DNA of 64,000 nucleotides from Lytechinus pictus (Eukaryota): NCBI RefSeq assembly GCF_037042905.1, contig NC_087252.1, positions 27,158,001 to 27,222,000 of the forward strand, read 5' to 3'. Shown piece by piece: positions 37,964 to 51,199 of this stretch (position 1 is its first letter; each line of letters starts with the position of its first letter). The notes under the pieces were generated by a model. It saw only the letters and a program-made list of their open reading frames with translations, ran no database searches and was not told where the DNA came from. The position numbers and the translations under genes were made by a program.

Positions 37964-40900
37964 TACAAGGAATGGGAATAATAAAACAAAGACAAATAAG
38001 CATAGGGTAATAAAACATTTCCAATAAAATTTTATGCAAAGGAACCGAAAATAGGTAATCAACTTAACAAAAACAAACAAAATATGCAAAAAAATAAGAC
38101 ATCGAACTTAATCATTTTTTAAATTCATCCTTCTAACCCTCATAAATAATGTAATTTTTTGGTTTAGTATTCCAACATGCATGGCTATGAAAATAGATTG
38201 ATTAACATAGAAAAGGCAAGAAGATGAAAGAGGAAAAAATAAAAAAAGGGCAAAAAGATGAAACAGGAATGTGCAATTGCTTCAAAACAGTGCAATCATG
38301 ACAATTGAAGAATGCATTTTTAAATTTGTGTTGCGCTTTTCCGATCTTCTGTCTGTCAGTCCATCTAAAAAAATTGTATCTGTGCGATTTTTATATATTG
38401 AGGACACATTTTTCGTTATTTTTAAATGGTATACGATATTCTAATAAAGTCCAATTTCCAATGTGTCTCAATTGACGAGGCTAATTATGGGTACATAAAT
38501 AACATACTAGAATTGCCAACATTATCCAAACAAAAATAGACAACACAAACCATGTGAACGTAATTGTGAATAACGGCTCTGTGCATTTCCACTGAAAAGG
38601 ATCTTAGCCAAAACAATTTCACAAAAACAAAAAAAAAACACGACGTTTACATCGTAGATCTACAAGTATTGATCAGTTCCCCATAAAATTGATTATTACT
38701 TTAGATCATACATAATACTCAATGCAATCAACTGTCGAAATCAGCCCTTATACGATTAAATGCCAAACTTTATTTTATTGGATCCAGTTGCACTTGTTCC
38801 GAATAATAATCACGTATTTGTTTAAAAGTCAGTTAATTATTATCATTATCATGATCATAGATCTAGGGCTGGTACATTGTGAAATCTAAGCTGACAAAAG
38901 AACAAAAGAACACCAAAAATAAATTGCAAACATAAAAATCATATATAAATTGATGGGAGCGTATAAAGCCAGGTTTGCATAATACCACTAAGCCTTTACA
39001 GGTAATCAGCAAGTCCCTGATTTATGAACTGGGTTCTAACAGAGACTGATCAAACTTTACAAGGGCACTGCACAAATCCACTTAGTCAAAATGAACGATA
39101 TTTTCACAGGCTAGATTCGATAATCTTTACTGAGCACATGTCAATAATTAAGAGATTGGTTCAATCACAGAGAGGCTTTAGGCCATCACATCGATCGGTT
39201 TCTGAATCCACAAAATGGCAAGAGAAACAACGAGGAAAATGATTTTGACACACGTCTTTCACGGGTACGTTTAAGTGAATGGCTCAATTACAAAGAAAGT
39301 ACAGGAAGTTTATCAACCTAACATTCTAAATGATTCGAACAATCCCACAGTCACACAGAGATCCTTCTGAGGATGTCACGGTAAGCGGGGGATAGATTGA
39401 ACAGAGTGGCTCTTATTAAACCCTGGTTTAAAGTTATGGTTTAACTATGGAGAGCCAGTTGGGGCACGAATCCCTAAAAGTACACATCCAAATTGTCTGT
39501 GAATGATAAATGGCGTAGGCCTATTTGAAGTATTTTTCTCTTCATTATGAAAACAACAAAAAATATATTTTTGTTTTAATTTTAAATTTATTTTTGGCTC
39601 CCCATAATTTGGGCACAGAGTTAGACCGTGGTCTAAGTTAAACCTGACTTAAGAATAAGCCGGTGTGTATAGAAATGAGTAGCTGTTTGAAATAAGCATT
39701 GATATGTGCCTAGTAAAGATTATTAAAGCTAGCCGGTGTAAAAATATTGTTTTATAATGGCGGAGTGGAATTTGTGCAGTGACCTTGTAAAATTTGAGCA
39801 GTTTCGTTTGGATCCCAGTTGATATATGATGTTCACTCTTCTTACATTCCTCATCACCGTTTTCGTCGATAGTATGTCCATTTTAAAAAATGATCCTCTA
39901 CGTCATTGGCGACTTCTCATGCAAGAGATAGGAAAAAGGCATGCGATACAGAGAAAAAGAGGATGATGAAAGGTAAAAATATATTACATCATAATATAAA
40001 AAGTATAGAATATATCATGCTTTTATGTTTGAGCATCGATGTATGAAGATATTAACAGCTCATCCTTTATAGATTTGTCCTTCTCGAGGATTATCTTTGA
40101 GCAACATATTCATGTTTATCGTAATATTCGCATATTCAAAGAATAAATATAAATATCCTAGTCATTGATTAATGTTTCAATGGAAAAACGGATATAAGAA
40201 AGGGTTGGGAATGAAAGAAAAAAAAATATTGTAAAGGACACGTTACAAAACATCCTAACAGATGTTAGCATGGCTAAGATGAAATATAAGAATTATATAT
40301 ATATTTTTAAATAATGACAGAAAGAATGAGTCTACTTTGAATGATGAGCATTGAATGACGAAGTCACTCTTATAATTGATTCAACATAATCTTTTCTTCT
40401 CTTAAGCTTAACGATCAATTCATCAAACACGTAATGTTCTGCGGTTGGTACTTGTCAATATTAATGTACAGAGATGTTTTTTTTTCGTTGGATTTCTCTT
40501 ATTCTTTTTGTTAACTATCATTTTGTACTACAAGCAAAAATAAATCATTGTAATATTTCATGGAATAAGAAATCAGTTGTCCTTTTCTGTCCTGCGTAAT
40601 TTGATGAGGAAGACATTTGCGTGTTCTCAATGATTAATCCAAAGTAAAGGGAGATAAACATGATAACGGAATAGTTTCCCCATAGTCTTAACATTTTTCT
40701 TGAATGATAACAAATGATGAATATCGGTACTTGCCTACAATATTCAAATAAGTCAATCGTGACATTATCAAGTCTTATATCTCAGTTCGAAAATTTTCTT
40801 CCGATCCGGAGGATTAGTTTAACATGATTAATCGGATGATACTAAATCATACGGCACATGTATCAACTCTTTTAATTTCAAGAATATAACTGTATCATAA

Positions 40901-41699
40901 AATGATGATGAGATTAAAACAAGTGGGAGGCAAGAATTACACAAATATCTGCCTATATTCCTTGAATTGTATATATTTCTTTTGTATTATTTTGTACTTC
41001 TTGTTTTGAACAAAATGTTGGCGAATGCCAGTGACGTTCAAATAAATTCAATTCAATTCAATTCAATTCACAAATACATTATCCGATCATTCATTATTTT
41101 GTTTTGCCCGATATAAAGGAATACATTGACATATCAAGGGAATTAGAGAAATAATCAAATCCAAGTTTGAAATTAAGAGATAGATTGGTAAAAATACCCA
41201 TGTAAAGCCTAAGAACAAGAACAAATTCTAAACAATTTTCATGATGGCACAATCCCTTACTTTCAACGTGTAATGGCAGGGGAATATCGAAAACAGAATC
41301 AATAGATATGATGTAAAGTCATGCATTCATCGATATTTTGAAAATTCAGTTTGCTTTTTTTTTTGCTTACAGAGGACATTATGCATATAGCTTAGGACAA
41401 TAGGATCAATCGTAAATAAAGGTTTGCATTCATTTATTTATTTATTATTTTTTATTTATTTATTAATCTATTTATTTCCGTTTTATCTCAGCAGGGTAGC
41501 CCTTTCAGTTACAAAACTGCTCTACCAAGGGGCCCCTATTTCGCTAAACCAGTTCTATGTACATCTTCATGAATATTCATTGAGCAACCTGATATCGTCA
41601 TATCCCACTTTAAAGAAATATTACATGGAATCATGTTTATTCAAATTTTGTCCTCCAATAACTAAACAAAAAAAATGATTGGCAACTGATGAACTGCAT

Positions 41700-42015
41700 A
41701 AGATATCCATTGCTGCAAATTGTTTTATTATAAGGGAGACATGTCATACACAATTGTATAAAAATATGAAATAACTATGATTTCAAGTAACAACATAACA
41801 AAAAAGGAAAGTGGGGCTGTGACATCACCAGCCCACCTAATGAATATTCTCGACGATGTGCATGTAACTGTTTTCACAAAATATTAATAAACTTTGAAAT
41901 TCAGCAGTTTGCTATTTGTAATTAGATTTTGATGAAATTTTTAGCATTTTGCTTTGTGAAATTTACTATATTTAATATTTAGAGTAGTTATTTTCCGCCT
42001 GGATGACCCCTTTAA
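41700..42015. mobile_element. MITE fragment ending GGATGACCCCT|TTAA
   Basis: similarity to 2360-2725. Confidence 0.65.
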
Positions 42016-43317
42016 CAGTATCAAATCTTCGCATGGTCCACCATATGAATACACTGTGAATATGGCCTACTTTTATTGTGGTAATGTCTACAGTGTAAAA
42101 CTATCTTTATACATATAAATTTGAGGATAGCATGTGGTCACATCTTCACATAGTCCACCATGTGAAGTTTCAAGACTCTATTGACGTTTATTCGGCAGAC
42201 TCATAACCATACGATAAGGGCTAAGTCTGTTCTGGAGGCTTTAAATGAGACTACAAATCTCGGAATTTTTCAGAGTATTGCCACAATTTTTTTTTATTTT
42301 TTATAGAGAACTTTGAAAAATCGCTCAAAACGAGATTCGAAACTGCGTCAATGACCTTGACTGCAGCGAACTCATAATCACTCGCGTAAATCCTTGCGTC
42401 AAAGCTATTGTTCAGCGGGGAATGGAACAATAGATCCCCCCCCCCCCCTGAACAATAGGTGTGAGTGTGACACAAGGATTTACGCCAGTGCTCATAATAG
42501 CGCATCGTTTTACCTATCGCGCCACACCAGACGAGATTATCGGCTCGTTGTAAAGCGACGCCAATATAGTCTTAACCCTATGGAAACAGAGTATAAACAC
42601 TGTGAAAACATTGTGTGACGCTGTGTTCTCTTCGGCAGTGTAATGCAAGTTCAGTCTGAACTTTCCCTATTTGTCAAAATGAAGCCCGTAAAAAAAGTGG
42701 GAATTGTCGCCAATTCTCATTTATTTACACACAATACCCATACTCACCTCTACAGTAATAGAAATAGTGCTTGCTGTATTTTGGTTTCGTTCTATCGCAA
42801 AAACATTTTGTCCGTAGGCCAGGGTGGAAACACGCTACACAGAAAAAAAAGAAACAACATGGCATAATATCAAAGATGGTGGAAATATGTAATTGCTAGT
42901 CAGCACCCTCTACGCATTATTTTGATGAGAGGCTAAACATTAATGGAGCCCACTGCATGAGGTTGCGGACGTAGACCTACGAGCGAATAAATCACAACTT
43001 GGCTGGTACTCCGAACAGACATAAAATTATACTTCCCGCAGTATTTCTTCTCCTTATTCTAGTCGTTATGCTTACTTGGTACGTATCTATCAAACGATAT
43101 TGAAATTGATTTTAGACGACGTAAAACGTCACAACCAATTAACAATTATATTGGCCAATCAGATTAGTAGTTGTATTTATAAACTGTATACCATTGTTGC
43201 ACCGGCGAAACAATCTCCAAATGGACCGACGGTACATATATGTCATAGGAAATAATGTCAAAGCTTTGGCCGGTCTCGAGTCGGTTTCGCTGGTGTGACT
43301 AGGCCTACATGACTTAC

Positions 43318-43528
43318 CAATGAACTTTTGGGTGCCGACCCCTCTTTTGAATGGGAGATCCTCCCACTCTCCTTCGAATTCTTGGTCCAGGTCGGTGCCG
43401 TCTCGTTTAGAATACTGGTCTTCCGCGTCAAGGCCTAGTAATCTCTGGAGGTCATAGGTCGCTTCCGCTACGATCGATAAGGTCACAATGGCCAACGCGC
43501 AGATGCAAAGTCCGCTCTGTACTTTCAT
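43318..43528 (-). CDS. secreted peptide precursor B, first coding exon (signal peptide, acidic propeptide, two KR sites)
   Basis: MKVQSGLCICALAIVTLSIVAEA leader with A-x-A cleavage motif; SKR-D and FKR-G; acceptor TTCTTTTTTCATGTCTCTCAG| with exon start at 43552; ACCATG context; consensus donor G|GTAAGT at 43317. Confidence 0.88.
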
Positions 43529-46110
43529 GGTGTATGTTCTGTGTGTGCAGATCTGAGAGACATGAAAAAAGAATAAGAAGCAACGAAAACAAGATTTTTT
43601 TAAGTTTCATCGATTTGACATGACTGCGAGACATTTTTTTTCTTGCCACGTCGACATAACTATGATGTTGACATTGCGAGATATGTTTATATTGCCAAGA
43701 TGACGCATAAATGTTATATTTCGCCATGGCGTGATACGTTTATACCCAAGCCGATTATATAATGATATGTCGTCATGGCGAGATATAATGTAAGGGTAAC
43801 ATCAAGTTGGCATCATTATTCTTTCCATGTCAACATGTAACTTGGCTTGGCAAGATAAAGGTCTGGTCCCACTGGCCGACGGACACAAAACGTATTCATC
43901 AGTCATAACGAATACAGCGGATAAGCAACATTTCGGGATGGTTCCATCCGTTTTCATCCGCTCCAGACAATGGACAAAATGGGCGAACAATGAAATCACA
44001 GTGGACGGATGCTCGATGGATATAGAGCATATGAAACACGTATGTAAAGAGTACCCAACGGATACATAACTTTTTTCAACAGTTCTCATGAAATATATAG
44101 ATGGCACTAGAAGTTTTAGTCTGAAATGCAATAAATGAATACACTTACTGTGCGTTTTGTTATGATTTCTATGACTCATTACTCATGATAAATCAAAAGG
44201 ATCGCTATGCTCAATGTCTAAACTGCATAAACTTTAAAACTTTGGTAAATTCATGTAAAACTGATTTTGCGTACCCCAAAAAAGTGAGTTCGTTCTAAAC
44301 GGACAGAATTTATGATTCTTTACAATTAAAAAAATATTTCACATCGGGGATATCATTAAAAAAGTGTAGTTGCAATTTTCAAGATCATTGATCTTTTGTA
44401 TGATTTTGGTGGCGCTTTCCATGGAGTTCCATGTGGCAGTGACTCTTGCCTATTAATCAGAGGGTCGTGGGTTCGAATCTAGAAATAAGCCCAACAAATC
44501 GAAGGTAAAATAATTCAAGAGGTATGTGATGGACGATGTGTTTTATTTCCTGTCATGAATGTCATTTTTGCAAATTCGATTGTCGCCTTTAAAGTGATCC
44601 ATTTCATGTTCTAAAATAAAAAAAGTAGAAACACGCGTGTCGGGTTCATATCTTGGAAATTTCAACTGATTCTGTCAATTTCCGTTGGCATAACGCTTTC
44701 GGTCGAAATGCTACATTTTTTCCAACATGTCCAATGGCGTAATGATCCAAATATTTTGAGGGGACACGAATGGCGTTTTGGGTAAAGTTTGTATTTAAAA
44801 CAATTCACCCCCCCCATCTTTTCACTTTGTCTTTTTTGTGTTAGGTCGTGTCAAAATTTTACCACCGTACCTAACTATCGGAACAAAGGCTGAAAAGGGG
44901 GAAGTGCTGCTATGTATGTTTCAACTTTTATTTCTATTTTTTTTTGGGACTTCCGGTTTAAAGTCTGGTATCTTCATTACAGCCTCCTTTCGTTGTTTCT
45001 ATTTTCAATCCTATAGTCCTTTGCGCTTCACGGGCTGCTGGTCGCTCCAAACGAGCATATGATGAGGGGGAAAGCAGGCAGGCAGGACCCCGTGAAATAA
45101 TTAATAATGATGTTGTTATGATATTTCGACGGGGTATATTATCTTTTCCATTTGTAACGTAGAAGATAACCGGAAATCGGAGACACAATCGCAATCATGG
45201 CAGCAACAAAACTGGTTGCTGCCAGATGTTGCACTAACTGATCTTGGTCGACATGTAAGGCATATTGAGGGAACATTCCACCATGTCTGTTTCGCTTCAT
45301 ACGCAAATTACTGTGATACTAAATACTTACATCAACATGGAAATTTGGTACATTTAATACTTCCTTATAAATGAAGTTCTAAGACGAATAAAGAAATATC
45401 TTAATACATTAACCAAACTGGGGAGAATCTTAAGGGAGGGAGGAATAAAAAAGATAGAGAGGGGGGGGGGGGGAGAGAGAGAGTGCGTGAAAGGGGGAGG
45501 GAGGGATAGAGGGGGAACGAGGGGAGAGACAGACAGAGAGAGGGAAGGGGAGAGATAGAAATGGATGGGAGAATGAGGGGGGGTGCGAGAGAGAGAGAGG
45601 GGGGGGGATAGCGGTGGTCGAGAAGTGGAAAATATTGTTGCTTTCAAGATGTCATAGGCCTATCCTAAAACAGGGGAAATTCAATGAAGTGAACGGCCAT
45701 CAGAAGTCTCACGAAGTAAAAAAAAAATGGCCCGACTTAAGTCATCCCCGTAATAGCTGCAACGAGTCACTTATCATTGCTTCGAGGCGAGGAAAAAAGT
45801 GGAAACGAAAAAATAGTCGCGTATCAAACCATTGACCTCAATGATCAAACCATCGATACCCAATCTATTTATTTAGGGAAGGTGAGAAGAAGTAAGAGAA
45901 ATTCATAATGACCGGTTATTGCGTCAGTAAAAGCTGAGAGAAGCTTAGGAGTGATTACAAAGCTTTTGCTTCTCCCATAAGTGAGAAGGGCCTAATTACC
46001 AGAAAAGGGCATGCAGGACATTATGGTATCAAATAAGGATTGCATGATTTATTTGTAATAATGAATTAGAAATATTTGAGGCACTGTCAGCCATAAAGTT
46101 AGCGGTTGCC

Positions 46111-46400
46111 CAGGCGCGGGTCCACAGGGGGGGGGGGGGGGGGGGGCACAGGGGGCACGTGCCCCCCCCCCCTTTTGAGAAGAAAAATTAAAATTTGTAA
46201 TGTAAAAATGCCATTAAAACCGAGATTTGCCCCCCTTTTGAAATTGAAGACCTTTTTTTCCTTTTTTTTTGCTTGTCAAATTTTTTTCGGGTACGAAATA
46301 CCCTTAATTTGTTGTCGAAACCTTTTTTTTTTGGCTTGTCAAAATTTTAATCCGAAAAGTTTGCCCCCCCCCCCTTTGGCAAATCCTGGATCCGCCCCTG
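46111..46400. mobile_element. hAT-like poly-G MITE
   Basis: TIRs CAGGCGCGGGTCCA / TGGATCCGCCCCTG; 8-bp TSD CGGTTGCC vs TGGTTGCC (7/8). Confidence 0.85.
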
Positions 46401-46682
46401 TGGTTGCCTAAAATGCTTTAAAAAGATTGATAGATATGATGTGTTGAAAAGAGAGAAGAGCATCGGAAACTTAACCCATCAATAAGATGCTGTAACAGAA
46501 TTACAATTTTTTCCGACAAAGAGCGAACGATCATGTAGAATATTCCCAAACTTTTAGGTTTTCAATTATTTTATCAAAAGAAATTACTGTACCACCTTCA
46601 GGTCTTAAATTTCTAAGAAGGTTCACGTTTAACCTTTAAAGCGAAATATTGCCCCAACTTTCCCCACATACATGATATATAT

Positions 46683-46848
46683 AAGAGAAACAAGGTTGAA
46701 CGTTCATGCTTTAATCCAACAAAATTTATTGAAGTCCACAAATTTCGACGAGTACATACACTTGATAAAGACGGTATGTACTCGTCGAAAATTTGTGGAC
46801 TTCAATAAATTTTGTTGGATTAAAGCATGAAAGTTTCAACCTTGTTTC

Positions 46849-46925
<77 letters not shown>
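46683..46925. repeat. near-perfect ~170-bp palindrome abutting (AT)n
   Basis: arms 46683-46759 and 46774-46852 with a 14-nt spacer; (AT)n to ~46925. Confidence 0.92.
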
Positions 46926-46929
<4 letters not shown>

Positions 46930-47863
46930 CATACATAGTGTGTGTGTGTATTTTCATATCAAATCATCATGATTCAGATAAACCGCCTAAACAACAACAA
47001 AAAAGTTCATCAACAAAAATCAACGTTTCGTGTGCCATGCGTGAGGGAAAAAAGTCCCGAATTTCAGCAAAATGTCTTGTCTGCGCATTTTTTCTGACAA
47101 AAGTAAAGAACAAAAATAAAAACAAAACTGAAAAAACGACAACAAGTCTAAGAACCGAAAAAATGGTTGTAAAAAGTGCCTAACAATCTTTGGCTGCCCT
47201 CCTTGAATAAAAACGAAACAAAGGTAAAGTAACCTTTCTCCAAGAAATCTATATAAATTTTGCAAGCGAAATCTCAACAAAACGTCATCAAAATATGCGA
47301 TAACACCCCCTCTGGAGACGCAGAGTGCAATATTAATGTTCATTTGTGTATTCGTGTTTTTTTCCCGCCTAACCACGATTTAATACTTCATAATAAACCT
47401 ACCCCTTGCCGAAGAGAAATGGATGGAAATTCGTTCAAAATAATCTTGGATATACATAACGCATTCTCCCACTCAAGGATCAGTACCGAAGGATCCTTTG
47501 ATGCTAACGATTTAGGTGCCATCGATAGATGTTAGGGATTTCGCCTGACAGTATTAACACTGATGGGTCAATTTCCGTAGCAAGAAAGATTTCATAGAAA
47601 GGTTAATCGGTTTTAAACGCTTTAAATAGATCACATTGAGCAGGTAACAAAACGGGTGACAGGGAATTTATCTAGCTATATTGAACTCGATATATTTCCA
47701 CTTCGTTCATACTAGTTCGTAAAGATTAGAACAGAAACAAATTAGAATGGGCGGCGGTTTGGATTTATCAAAGAAATTTACTACATGTGCGTTGGGTTCC
47801 TTCAATTCAATTTCAAGATTGAAATGAAAATAATCATATCTCCCGGTCTACCCCCTCTAAACA

Positions 47864-48225
47864 TGGTAAATTGCCAATTCGTCTACTGCCAACATGTCCA
47901 CTCACCACATGGTCTACTTTCATTTAGTCTAATGCCATTCCGTCCATCAACATTTCGTCTAACAACCATTTGGCCCAATCATCACTTCGTCTAATCACCA
48001 TTTCGTCTCATAACCAGTTGGTCTAATATCCATTTCATTTTCATTCACTATGCTCAATTTAAGACTAAGTCCAATTAGACAAAATGGTAATATGGACTAA
48101 CTGGCCATTGGACCAACTGGTTATTAGACGGAATGGCGTTAGACTAAATGAAAGTTGATCATGTGGTGAGTGGACGAACTGATGGTAGACCAAAATAGAC
48201 GAGTTGGCTATTTGACGAATTGCCA
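47864..48225. mobile_element. MITE with short internal repeats (family of 29962-30305)
   Basis: GGTAAATTGCCAATTCGTCTAC start; inverted right arm TAGACGAGTTGGC. Confidence 0.85.
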
Positions 48226-48743
48226 TTAGACAATTAGAAATAAACCCTAAATATGAGGGCACTTGAAGAAAAGTGTATTGTTGGATAGTTGGGTCGGATA
48301 GGGGCAACTCGATCTAAGGTTCTTTGCCATCAGGTGTTTGTATTGATTATATGAAATTCTATGTCTCCTTTCTTGTTATAGCGAAGTGACAATACGACTG
48401 AAAGAGGGAGAGAGAAAAAAGGTCCCGATGCTACAAGACAAGGAGTTCTCTATGGCCGATAATTGAATTAAATCGCGCTGATGATGTTGTGTGTTTGACC
48501 GCTGTATCGAATTAGTATCGACAGGGTTGAAGAGGAGCATAGGGAGAGAAAAGAAAAGAAATAGAAGGAGAGAAATAGAGAAAGAAGGGGTAGGGATGAT
48601 AGAGAGGCAGTCGGTGAAAAAAAGACAGAGAACGACAGAGCGAGAGAACAAGAGAAGGAGTATGCGTGGGTGTGCGAGAGGGTGTGAGGGGGAGGGGGGT
48701 GCGTGTGTGTGTGTGATCGCGTGCACGGGGAAAGAAATATATA

Positions 48744-48993
48744 CACTCTAAAAATATTGGGTATAAGTGCTCCATGAGGGTAATTATGTGTCAAACCAAC
48801 ATTGGGCATTTCTTTTTGGCATTTTTATTTATAAAGTGTGATGGAAATTTTGCCCATTCTAAAGTAATTGCTGCTTATTTTTAAACCTTACTGGACAATA
48901 TGCTTCCCGCATTGGGTAAAATACTTCCCAAAATTGGTTGGACACATAATGACCCTCGTGGTAGTAAAAATGTTACCCAATTTTTTTACAGTG
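48744..48993. mobile_element. TA-flanked MITE
   Basis: TA|CACTCTAAAAATATTGGGTA ... TACCCAATTTTTTTACAGTG|TA. Confidence 0.8.
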
Positions 48994-50373
48994 TAGAAAA
49001 GAGATGAATTAGCCGGAGAAAAGTAGAAAATCGGACAGGGGGGGGGGGGTTGGGGGTGGATAGAAAGCATTAGAGAAGGGAAGAGCCGGAGACAGATAAC
49101 TTGATAATTAAAGAAAGGGAGAGAAAGAGAAAGGGATTGGACAAGGATAAAATCATGAAAATCAAGCGATGTTACGAAAGTGTTTATAAGTTGAGGGAGG
49201 AATGACATTCCTAGTACAGATGAATATGGCTTCGTTACTATTGAATTCAGAAATTAACCTTCCATATGCATGGTATCTCAGAAAGATTAGCCCATCGGAA
49301 CTGATTTCTATTGGTCTCCGTTTTGAATTTGATTGGTCTGGTGGTTATGGCTCTGGTCTTCCAATCTGAGGGGCGTGGGTTCGATTCTTAGCCAAGGTAG
49401 CCGAGCTGAAGCCGGGTTGATAAAATAGCAGGACCCGCTGGGAGATTATTTTTCGGAACTGAAGTGGTTACCTTGGGTCAATATACCATTATTCTTATCA
49501 TCATCATTATCATTATTATGAATTTCAAAATAAGAATATTGAATACGAGATTTAAATAACAGATCTTTTCAGTGGCAAAGTGTAATATCATCTCATGCAA
49601 ATGAGAGTTTATAATGGTTTACACTGATTTTATTATTTAATTCTCCACTTTCTTGTGCTTGGTACTCATATTTTACAGGGATTTGCGGTAACCTTTTTTT
49701 GAAAGCTCATTTCCATGACTACTGCTACATCAATCATTTGGGTGCTCATCAAAAACTTCTGAACTGCCCTGAAGCCCGCCCACAGCGACCCACATGTATT
49801 ATCATCCATTATGTTTGACGTCCACGTGTAGAATGATTAACTTACTATTAATCCCCAAGGCGCTTGCCATCGAGAAACATGAAGTGGCAATTTAGGAAAA
49901 ACAAGCAACATAATGTAAGTATATACACACAAGGAACATGCGATTTTAAAGAGTGATGCGGTAAGAGGATAACGAGGCGGTGAAAATAAATTAGTTTTGT
50001 GACTGACAGCCAACCTTTCCTTTGTATAGTATACTTTTGACGTAGGCTGGCGATTTCGATGTTTTTGTAAATATGTAAATATTTGTTTGATTTTTTTTGT
50101 CAGAATAGTCTCGTTTGAAATGAATTTATAGAAAGGATCTTGTCCTTTTCCTCGTGGCTATTATCTTTTAAGTGACACTAATGAAGGTCATTGTTGACAT
50201 CGCATCAAAACGTTTACTTTGTGCGTTGATTATTTTAAATCCCAATGCTAACTAAGGTGCTGTGTAAGAAAACTAAAAGTAATCTACATGTAGATCGTTC
50301 TGCGCATGCCCGCTCCTTCATTTTGGAGAGAGCGTGCGCAGATTTGAGAATCCACCACCCTCTCTCCCCTCGT

Positions 50374-50765
50374 CAGTGTTTCCACTGTAAAGGAAATTAC
50401 CCCAGTTTCGGGTAATCCGGATCATTTTCAGGTAATGAAAAAATTCTAGATAATTCCGGGTAATCCGATAATTACAATTAACATATTAAACGTTGCAAAT
50501 TTTAATGTTCATGCTATATTTTTTTAAAGAACCTAGATACGTAGCTAAAAATTTTCCGCGCTTGCATTTCATATTTTTTCCCTATTCTTAAAGAAGACGT
50601 GAACCCAAAATGCTAAATTCCCTGATTTTGATCACTTGGACTAAATTTAGGCTTGTTGTATATTGCCTTATTTTTGTTAAAAATCAAACTTGAAAAATGT
50701 CTATGAATTTCGGGAAATCTGGGATTCAGTTTCGGAAAATTTGTTATGGATCTGTGGACACACTG
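50374..50765. mobile_element. hAT-like MITE
   Basis: TIRs CAGTGTTTCCAC / GTGGACACACTG; 8-bp TSD CCCCTCGT vs CCCCTAGT (7/8); subterminal CGGGTAATCCG repeats. Confidence 0.8.
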
Positions 50766-51199
50766 CCCCTAGTCCCGCTTCCAAGCTGATATCTAATATG
50801 TTCTAGAAGGGCCATTGGAAACGTGAGAAAGGGAAATAATATTTCTTAAACTAATCTCAAATTTAGCTGTTTCAGAGGGGACAATAGATCCTTATAAGAT
50901 AGCTGATATACTGTAAAAATGAATTGTAAAATAGAACACCTATCATAAAACTTATTTTAAACATTGTTTAGGAAAAATTGAGGTTGTGAAATTTATTTTA
51001 TTATCATTTTCAAGGCTATTTTGGTTTTCAAAATAGCCTTGGATAAATAATTCGATGGTGTGGAACGTGATGGGTGATATTGTTTCAAATATTCGTACCA
51101 CTGTATTTCCTCCCAATATAATAGTCTATGATAAGTGGTCCAGACCTGACTTAAATAATGACCTTGCCAGATATCCAATTAATTACAACAGTTATCAAT

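Noticed and set aside
39325..39372. Minus-strand SLCDCGIVRII as the Cys exon of precursor B
   Set aside because: No good acceptor, only two Cys and an immediate stop.
43139..43317. C-terminal part of the 129-aa ORF in the track
   Set aside because: Read-through past a consensus GTAAGT donor into intronic MITE sequence.
43802..44179. Overlapping 125-aa and 80-aa ORFs
   Set aside because: No recognisable domain or splice support; the region has ACGGA/GGATA subterminal-type repeats suggesting a DNA-transposon fragment.
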